From the human T2T-CHM13v2.0 reference genome, Homo sapiens, in assembly GCF_009914755.1 (NCBI RefSeq), contig NC_060941.1: a stretch of DNA of 64,000 nucleotides. One strand, given 5' to 3'. Positions within the stretch are counted from its first letter, which is position 1; every line of letters begins with the position of its first letter. Positions 24,626 to 32,823 of the stretch are shown here, one piece after another. The position numbers and the translations under genes are program-made. The notes under the pieces are model-generated. The model saw only the letters and a list, made by a program, of their open reading frames with translations, was not told the DNA's origin and did no database searches.

Positions 24626-25299
24626 AATTAATGGGAAAAATAGAAAAAACACAATGGCAGGGGTTGGGGGCAGGGGCGGCATTATCGGCATCTGTCAGGT
24701 GAGGTCAGGGATGCTGCAATATATAATCAACTCATTTTGAGACTGCTCCCTTCAAAAGACATGCAAAGTTAAAATAAAACTCCCTCTCCCCGCGCCCACA
24801 GTATCCAGAGATGCTGTGTTGGAAAGCCACTCAACCCCTTGAAGCCACCACATGTGCTAATAATGCTTTACAAGGAGGCAGCCATAAAATTCCAGGGGAG
24901 TCACTGTGAGTTAGCAGCTACTGCAACTCCTAACCCAAAGCTCGCGAATAAAGAGGCGATTTGCTTATTACAGAACCTTCCCCGGCTCCTTAAGGCTTCC
25001 ACCAACTTCAGCATGAATTTATTCATGAATTCCAGCCTCCAGGGAGAATAGAGCTTCTTTGAAGTGAAGAGAGAAGCTGGGCCTAGATGTTGGAGTAACT
25101 GGGTGAAAAGCTACTTGGGGCCAAGGCCTGAATGTTTTGGTTCAGGAAAGGGTTCCCCCTGCAAATGGAAATGTGACCCCCAGCACTAGCCCGCTCCAGG
25201 AAGTCCTGCGAATTCGAAATCGACTGTTGCAGAGAAAGAAGACTGCTGGTGGGCTCTCTTTTGCTGCCTTCGCAAGGCTCTGGCTGTTTCCTTTTGGAG

Positions 25300-28200
25300 A
25301 AAGTGGGCAAGGGCGACCCCAGCGGGCCTGTCCTCTGGCTTATGAGAGCTGCAGAAAGGGGCTGGGACCGCCAGGAAGGAGCAAGCTGGCCGAGCAGGAG
25401 CAGGCGCGGCCCCGGATGTGGAGCCAGGCTTTCGGGAGAGCCCATTTCTACAGGGATTCGGCCCGACGGGTGCCGGGCCGAGCTCGCTCGGCCTTTGTTA
25501 GTTTCGGCGCCGCTGATGTGATCGCCTAATCCAGTGGACCCTGAGAAGAACAGACTGGGCTGCCAATGGCCCGACCCCACGCCGCCGCGACCTGCCCGAG
25601 GGCACCGGGAGCGATGGGTGCGGAGGGGCTGGGAGGACGGTCATCCGGGCGGCTGGACCTCTCCTTCCTCCCCTCCGCCTTCGTGGCTCGAGCGCCGGGC
25701 CTCAGGGAGGACGCAGAGGGGGCGCCCGTGGCGGTGGGCGCCCAGCGGTACCTTTGGGTCGGGGGGAGGTAAGGCTTTCTCAGCTCGGGTTCGGAACCAG
25801 AAAGCCACCGGCCCCCCGGGGGTAAGGGGTGGGCGCCGGCGACCCGGGCCGACGCCGCCACCTGCAGAGGGCGCGCGCGTCCCACCAAGGTCGGCCGCCG
25901 GCCCTTCGGACGGACGAGGGAAAAGCCAGCCGCGGCTCCAGGGTGCCCGAGACTCAATCGCACCACCTGCACCCCGGCCACCTCCGCCTCCGAAGTCTCA
26001 GGAGGAAAGCCCCGACCCAGCCCGCAGCCTCTCTCGCCGCGTTCAGGACCCGAGGCTGCGGGCAGCCGCCTTCCACGACGGACAGCACGGAGTCCCGCCG
26101 GGCCCCGAGCCACGCCAGTCTCGGACTTCAGCTGGGTCCGAGGCTCCTCTGGGCCTGGAGGGCTTTTAGAGGAGAAGAGGAAACCAGCACAGGAGCCCCA
26201 GAGGGCCGGGACAGGTCTGTGCGCCAGCGGCCCGGGCGCATGGCACAGTGCCTGGATCAGGATTGGTGCGAAGCCAGCATCAAACGGACAGAAAATGAAT
26301 CCGATCCGACACTCTAGGAAGAGCATGAACCTTCCAATCCAACCAATGTTTGTGCGAGGCCAGGTTCCCCGCCGCGGTGGCCACACAAGCCAGCCCTGTC
26401 CTCGGGACGCAAGGTAACCAGTCCGGCTGGAGGCCGCCACGCACGCCTGGTCTCTGCAGTTGTGGCGGATTCCCAGGGACTCTGCCCAGGAAATGGAAAC
26501 CCGTGAGGGCGCTCCTCAAAGCCGAGGGTGGTGATGGCCAGCGAACCCGAAAAAGGGGCAGGGTGGGCGCCCTCCCATCCGCTTAAGCAGTAGCCCATTC
26601 CACTGCCCCACACGCCCAGGAGTGGACGCAGGAGGGAGCCCCGTCCGAGTGGACGCAGGAGGGAGCCCCGTCCAAGTGGCGACCATCGCGGGGCCACCCC
26701 ACCCACCTTCCCTTGACGTCCCCTGCCAGCACAGAGACCGCCCGTTGCGGTGGGGCAGTCTCGGGCGGAGATCTTTGACGCCTGGCGGCCAGCGACCCTA
26801 CTCGGCCGGCAGCGCAGGCCCTCACGTCGGAAGGACACTCAAGGCTCTGTGACCCGCTAACCTGGGCCTGGGCAGCAGGACGCTGCTGTCCTCCCGCGCC
26901 CTCCCACACCGGTCACAGCTGGGGAAGGGGGAAGCTCTGCCAAGGGCCGGGCCACTGACTCCTCAGCAAGGGGCTGGAGATGCGTGAGCTACCCCTGTCC
27001 ATGTTCCTCCTGGTGGGCGTTAGGGGTGAGCCTGAATCGTGGCTTCCTGGCAGGGTGACGTCTGCGGGGCACTACGGAAGTAGAAATGGGTTTAGTGCGG
27101 TGGCCTCTTTGGGGATCCGAAGAGTGGCTCTCCTGTGCGGGCTTCAAGACCCCGCCCCCACTGCTGTGAAGTCTGCGGCCAGAAAAGGCCAAGAACATCT
27201 CTCTCTCCACCCCCCACCCCGCACTCTGCTCTCCCGCACCGTCCCTTGCCCAGCGCTGGGGTTTAGGCCCGCCCAGGAGACCTGGGCCGGAGAGGCTGCG
27301 GGGACTCGGGGGCGGGGGTGCGCGGGGCTGCGGCGCGGCGGCTCCAGGTTCACTAATCACATCAGCAGCGCTCTGCGCCGGCTCCGAGCTTGCAGTTGCC
27401 TAGCAATACCCGCGAATTCAATTCCTCAATCAATAGGCGCGAGGCTCTGCATTTAGGGGAGCGCTAGCAAGGTTGGGTGGGTCTGGGGAGTGGGTCTCAA
27501 GACAGCTACGAGGGGCTGGCACCGGGAGGCTTTGGCTAACGCGGCGAGGCCCCGGGGCCTCGGAGACCAGACGCCTCCGGCCTGGGGGTGTGGCGCGCTG
27601 GAGGATCCCGCCAGAGGAAAGTGGAACCCCCGACCTCAGGCGCATCCTCCCGGGATCCCCAGATTCTGCCCGGGGCCCGAAGAAGTGCAGCCAGTAGGTG
27701 CGGAGAGCCACGGATTCCCCCGGACGGGCTGAGGGGAGTCTGCCCCAGCGGCCTCCCACGCCCACCTCTATCCCAGCCAGGTGGGTTCCCCAGTTGGGGA
27801 AGGGCCTTTGCAGGAACGGTGCCCCCGCGATGGGGGCGAGGATGGGGGCGGGAGGACGGGATGAGTACTGAGAGAAGAGGGACGGATCCTCTCCTCCCGG
27901 GATGCCTCTTCCCTTTGCTCAGGGAAGGAAAAAGAAGAATAAAACCAAGACATGTCTCTATTTACAAAGTATATATTTAAACACGTAAAAAGCGGTATTG
28001 GATACAGACATTCACGACCGCAGAAGATAGGTACCGAAGCTTCACTCTTGAGCTGAGGCGGAGATCGATTGGAGATTTGTACAAATCTTAGAATTAAATA
28101 AACCCAACAGCGCACACACCCTGCGCGGTTGCAGACTCCCAGCCACGTGGCCCCCGGCCCCTGCCCACCCACCCCCCAGGTCAGCGTCGCAAGAGCGAGA

Positions 28201-29500
28201 GAAGGAGACACATACACACACGGCCACGGACAAACAGCAGGACGGAGGGGCGGCAGGGACAGAGCTGGCTGGAAAGAAGGTCCAAGGGAAGGGGCAAAGT
28301 CAGCCCCCAGGAAGGGAGGGAGGTGGGAGTAAAGGACAGGCGGGAGAGAAGGGAAGGCGGCGGCCAGGTGAAGACGCGTATCCCCCAGTCCCGTCCACTA
28401 GGTAACAGACATGCCCCTTCAGTGAAGTTTCATCTGAAAATAGCATCGACATTTAAATAGATACACTCGGTCAACGGCGCTTCTTTATACAAAGTCTAAA
28501 ATACCAGTTTTACAAATGTGAGTAGATAAAAATCCCCATTCCAGGGGCTTCTCTTTATAGGCGCAATTTGATATTCAAAAACAAACACAATCATGTAGTA
28601 CACCGTTTCCCTCCTTTTCTCTCTTTAAAGGCAAGAAAGTCTGGAGGAGAGGCTGAGAAGCCGGGAGTGCGGAGGACGAGGCTGGGGTTCCCTCCCAGCA
28701 CCCCCCACCCCACGCGAAGCTCCCCCACCCCCGACTCCCCGCCTCGCTCCCCCCGAGTCTGTGCTTCCTCTGGCGTGCAGGGCCCCCGCGCCCCTCCCTC
28801 AACAAGCAATGGGAAGTTAGATCTTCGCTGGCCCTTTAAGGGCGGGGAGGGCAGGGAGGCTGCGGGATCCGTGCTCCAAGAGACGGGGGTGGAGTGGAGG
28901 GGACTGATTTGTGCTTTTGAGTCAAAAGAGGGGCGCGCATTCTGCGTCCTCGGAGCGCAGAGCGGTCAAGTCCGCCGGGCAGGGGCGTCCCAGGCCCCGC
29001 CGCCTCGCACGGCCTTCCCCGCCGCGGCCGTCCCCACTCCCAACTCCCGCTCCTCCCTCCCCCTTTGGCGGAGTTTGAATGTCGAGTTCAAATAGAGAAC
29101 ACTGCGAATCGAAAAGACCTATAAATTATAGCTTTTGCTTTTAAGAAGGACGGGGGAAAAAAAAGGAAAAAGCAAAAGTTCCGATGCGCATTCTTGGATG
29201 AAAACCCCGCCTCGCCCCTCCTTCCCGTGCCCGGCCGGAGCCGCGGGGGTGAGTCTAGCCCCAGCTCCGAGCTCCGAGCCGTGGTCCTCAGCCACACTCC
29301 AAGCCTGGCCGTGGAGAGGCCCTGGGTGCGAAGCCACTGCTCCTAGCAGCGCCCGCCGCCGCGCCTCCCTCCGTGGGTCCCGCAGGGTGGGCCTGTCTGG
29401 CCATGTGTCCACCACAGAGCTGGCGGCCCGCCCTCCCCAGGCAGGGAGGCTTGTCCAACTCTTCCTGGGAGGTGGGGGCCACCGTCTCTTCTCCTGGCAA
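25300..29500. promoter_or_regulatory. CpG-rich domain between the CBX2 and CBX8 3' ends, partly overlapping the putative long CBX8 3' UTR
   Basis: High GC/CpG, repeat-free. Confidence 0.7.
26620..26673. repeat. Perfect 27-bp tandem duplication GAGTGGACGCAGGAGGGAGCCCCGTCC x2
   Basis: Units at 26620-26646 and 26647-26673. Confidence 0.95.
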
Positions 29501-30459
29501 AGCTAGAGGACGCGAAAAGGAAAAGTCCACCCCAACACTTTTCTTGCAAAACAACTGTCTCGAACTCTCAGCACTGACACGCAATCCTCCCAATTTATCC
29601 TGGCATTTCGGGAATGTAAACAGATTCGCTGGATTTCTTTTCTTTCTGCGGAGTAAGGAAAGGAACGAGGGAACGGGGAGATTTTATCCACATGACATAC
29701 ACACGATCTGCGTGTACCACACACACACCCCTCCCTAAAGTGCATTTCCTGGTGTGGTCCTGGGGAGAAACCTCCTGTCCCTGCCTGCTGGGGACGTTTT
29801 AACCTTCAACATCACACACGAAAAGCTTATTCAAGTTAATACTTTTTTCCCTAATAGACTTCTTTACCTTAAAAAAAAAAAAATAGAAAAAAGGAAAACA
29901 GACTGACCCCACCCCCCCTTTTTTCTGATTGGGGAGCCAACCTTTTGTTGGCCTGCCTGGCCAATGGGAAGAGAGAGCAAATCTGGGCCGGGCCTTGGTG
30001 CCAGGAGTCTGGCATTGGGCTGTGGGAGAAGGGAGGAGGGGTGAGGTGGGCAGGCCAAGCCCCTCCAGACACTCTCAGAAACCTGTACCCAGGGCCCAAC
30101 TTCCCTAGAGCTCTGGGGCAAGGGGGCCCCTCCTGCCCCAGCTCATTCGGGCTGCCCCAACTAAAGCACAATGAGAGTCTCTCTCCTTTAAATAAAACAA
30201 CTTCGAGTTGAAATATATATATTTAGATATTTTTCTTAAATAACATATTTACATCTAATAGAAAATATAACTCTAGAGATAATCTTTCCAACAAAAACTG
30301 AGGGGGAGGAAGGAGGGATGAAAGGGGCTGGTGGGGTGGGGGTGACATCAGGGACGGGACCAGCCAAAAGGCCACATCCCACCCAGAAATAAAAATCACT
30401 ATGCCAAGCTCACGCTCACTCTCTCCCCTGCTCTCCTCCTGGACACACCCACCCAGCAT
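27940..30459 (-). other. CBX8: CBX8 3' UTR (candidate proximal end ~30200, distal end ~27950)
   Basis: AU-rich, UGUA-rich blocks on the - strand at 30180-30300, 28430-28620 and 27930-28110; variant AATATA hexamers followed by U-rich elements. Confidence 0.6.
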
Positions 30460-31383
30460 TCATCTTTTCTCTTTAAAAAAGCCTTGGTCCGTGTTACTTT
30501 CCTTAATGGTGACGGTCAAAAAGTTTGAGGTCACGTCCGTGACCACCACCTTCTCCAGGTTAGTCAGGGAGGGGCTCCAGGACTCTTCCTCCGGGTCCCC
30601 CAGGATTCTGGCCACAGGGATCCTGGCGATGAGGGAGGGCCTTCCCCCCTGGGCCCCCATGTCCCGGTACAGGCCCCCCACAGAGCTGGGGGGGCCTGAG
30701 CCATGTCGGACCCGGGTGCCATTGGGATCTAGGGCACCCTGGCCTTTGGCCTCCAGGAAGGCAGCCCTGTGCTTTATCACCCTGGCCGGGAAGGTGTCCA
30801 CAGCCAGTTTGCCCGTGGCCTCAGCTGAGCTAGGGCTGGTCACACCACACTGCACCAGGTCCGAGTCCTGTCTTCGGGCCAGCTGGATCACACTGTGGCC
30901 GGCTGGAAACTTTCCTGCCCCGGAAGGGGTGTCGTCCAGCTTCCTGCCCTTGAGGTACTCTCCGAGGCCGGCGCTGGGTTCGCCTAAGGGCCTCTGTGAG
31001 GGGTCCGGGAGCTCCTTCCGGGGCTTGGGGCCTCGCTTCTTCGAGCTGTCCCCCGGTGAGCTGGGCTTGTCATCCACTCTGCTGGTACCCCGCTCTCGTT
31101 CCCTCTCACGTTCCCGCTCCCTCTCTCGCTCCCTCTCCCTTTCTCGATCCCGCTCCCGGTCCCTATCCCGGTCTCGGTCCCGGTCCCGAGGGGCCTCTGC
31201 GCGGCAGGTGCTGCTGGTGCTGGTGCTGCTCGCTGGCGGGGACAAACCCATGTTTCGAAGGCCCTCCCGGGCCCGGGAAGTGGAGGCCAGGTCCTGGGGC
31301 GAGCGGCCAGGGTAGGGGATCCGGATGCCCCTGGCTGAGTCACTTCGAAACTCGTAAGTTTTGGCCTTTGCCTTGGCCTGCGC
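30460..31383 (-). CDS. CBX8: CBX8 coding exon 5 (RD/RE mixed-charge repeat, Pc box)
   Basis: acceptor ctctcctgcag|GCG CAG; lies in ORF 30460..31407; ends GFFKEKR-TGA. Confidence 0.97.
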   Translation of the reverse strand, partial: AQAKAKAKTYEFRSDSARGIRIPYPGRSPQDLASTSRAREGLRNMGLSPPASSTSTSSTCRAEAPRDRDRDRDRDRERDRERERERERERERERERERGTSRVDDKPSSPGDSSKKRGPKPRKELPDPSQRPLGEPSAGLGEYLKGRKLDDTPSGAGKFPAGHSVIQLARRQDSDLVQCGVTSPSSAEATGKLAVDTFPARVIKHRAAFLEAKGQGALDPNGTRVRHGSGPPSSVGGLYRDMGAQGGRPSLIARIPVARILGDPEEESWSPSLTNLEKVVVTDVTSNFLTVTIKESNTDQGFFKEKR

Positions 31384-32823
31384 CTGCAGGAGAGAAGATG
31401 GTCTCAAGAGTGGGGCAGGGCCCTGTCCACCCCCACAGGACTCCTCCTCTATCCCTGACCTCCTATCTTTACCCTATGATGCCTGGGAATTTCTACATGG
31501 ATGCATGGATGGGTGGGTGGGTGGGTGGGTGGATGGCTGGATGAATGGGTGGGATGGCTGTTGGAGCTGAGAGGTAGAAGGATGAGAGAAGAGGTAGAAG
31601 ATTTGGCTGGAAGTAGTCATTTGCAAAAAGTACACTTTTTGCATTTGATTATTGTGTCCATTTGGGAGGGGGAGCGTAAAGGAATTCTAGTGTGGCCAAG
31701 CCCGTCCCCCCAGACACAGTTGGTGCTGCTACTGACTTGGTGACATCTTGTCAGGGAACTCCCTCCTACATTACAAATAGGCAACATGTGTGGACACCCC
31801 ATTGGCTCACAGCCCTCAGAGCCCCCTTCCCACAAATCACTCCATAACATGGTCCTCCACCATTGGACACTGCCAACCTACTTTGAGGAGGAAGGTTTTG
31901 GGCTTGGGTCCACGCTTTTTGGGGCCATAGAGCTCCATCTCTCTTTCCCTGGAGAAAGAAGAAAAGGAGAAAGGGTGCGTGAGTAAAGAAAGCAAGTGGG
32001 ACTCTAGTCCAGGCTGGAAAGAAGCCACTCTACTTGTTTCTAAGTGAGCGGCTGGGACTTGGAAGGGTCTGTACCTTTCCTCAAAGGCTGCGAGCAAGCG
32101 AGCATCCAGGATGTTTTCCTCCGGTTCCCATGTGCTGTACCTAAAGGGAATCAGGAAGAAGTGGGCATCAGTCCCAGGAGCAGGGTGAGAGCAGAGGGGG
32201 TGTGTGTGTGTGTAACTTTTCTCATTGCATTGTATTGTATTTCAATGTAAAGGCAAAAAGAGGAAGAAAGAAACCTCCCGAATAACAGTCTGGGGTTGAG
32301 AATTGCATATAACCTACTTACTTCTGCGACCATCCCTTCCATTTCACGAGGTATTCCATGCGTCCCTGCGGGTGCAAAGGCGATAATGTGTGTGCATGGG
32401 GAGAAACGCATGACGAGGATACAAGAAATGCATGCGAAAATGCATGCACCAGATGAATGCTCGAAACCCCGCCGCAAAAGGCACGCGCCCGCTGCATCAC
32501 CCCTGCACCTAATGCTGCACAAAGTGCATGCACCGGCATTCATTCCCCACCCCGCCCCCCACCCATGCAATCCGTGCATCGCTGCAAGTCTAAGGAAAGC
32601 GCCTGGGCTCAGAGCTGCCGCCGCCGCCGCCGCCACGGCCGCGGCCGCTGCTGGGACCTGGGGGAAGGGAAGCTGGGCTGCAGCAGGGGGAGGGAACCCG
32701 GGCCGGGAGGGGAGGGCCCGGCCGCACGGAGGCCCTAGGCCCGGGGGCACCTACTTTCCGTATGCGCCGCTTCAGGAGGGCTTCGGCCGCGAACACCCGC
32801 TCCCCCACCGCTGAAAGCTCCAT
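30460..32823 (-). CDS. CBX8: Chromobox protein homolog 8 (PRC1 Polycomb subunit), 389 aa; spliced CDS complement(32755-32823, 32322-32365, 32075-32140, 31882-31948, 30460-31383)
   Basis: Exons of 69+44+66+67+924 = 1170 nt (389 aa + TGA), GT..AG introns. Chromodomain [66 protein letters not shown] repeat, Pc box [20 protein letters not shown]. Confidence 0.98.
31495..31560. repeat. (GGAT/GGGT)n simple repeat in CBX8 intron 4
   Basis: Directly visible. Confidence 0.85.
31882..31948 (-). CDS. CBX8: CBX8 coding exon 4 ([22 protein letters not shown])
   Basis: acceptor ttctttctccag|, donor AAA|gtaggt. Confidence 0.96.
32075..32140 (-). CDS. CBX8: CBX8 coding exon 3 ([21 protein letters not shown])
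   Basis: acceptor ccctttag|, donor AG|gtacag. Confidence 0.97.
32322..32365 (-). CDS. CBX8: CBX8 coding exon 2 ([15 protein letters not shown])
   Basis: acceptor acccgcag|, donor AA|gtaagt. Confidence 0.97.
32613..32652. repeat. (GCC)n trinucleotide run in CBX8 intron 1
   Basis: gctgccgccgccgccgccgccacggccgcggccgctgctg. Confidence 0.85.
32755..32823 (-). CDS. CBX8: CBX8 coding exon 1 ([23 protein letters not shown])
   Basis: gtcaacATGG start; donor AAA|gtaggt. Confidence 0.97.

Noticed and set aside
26620-26673. Direct repeats considered as CRISPR-like
   Set aside because: Adjacent copies with no spacers, a eukaryotic context and no cas genes
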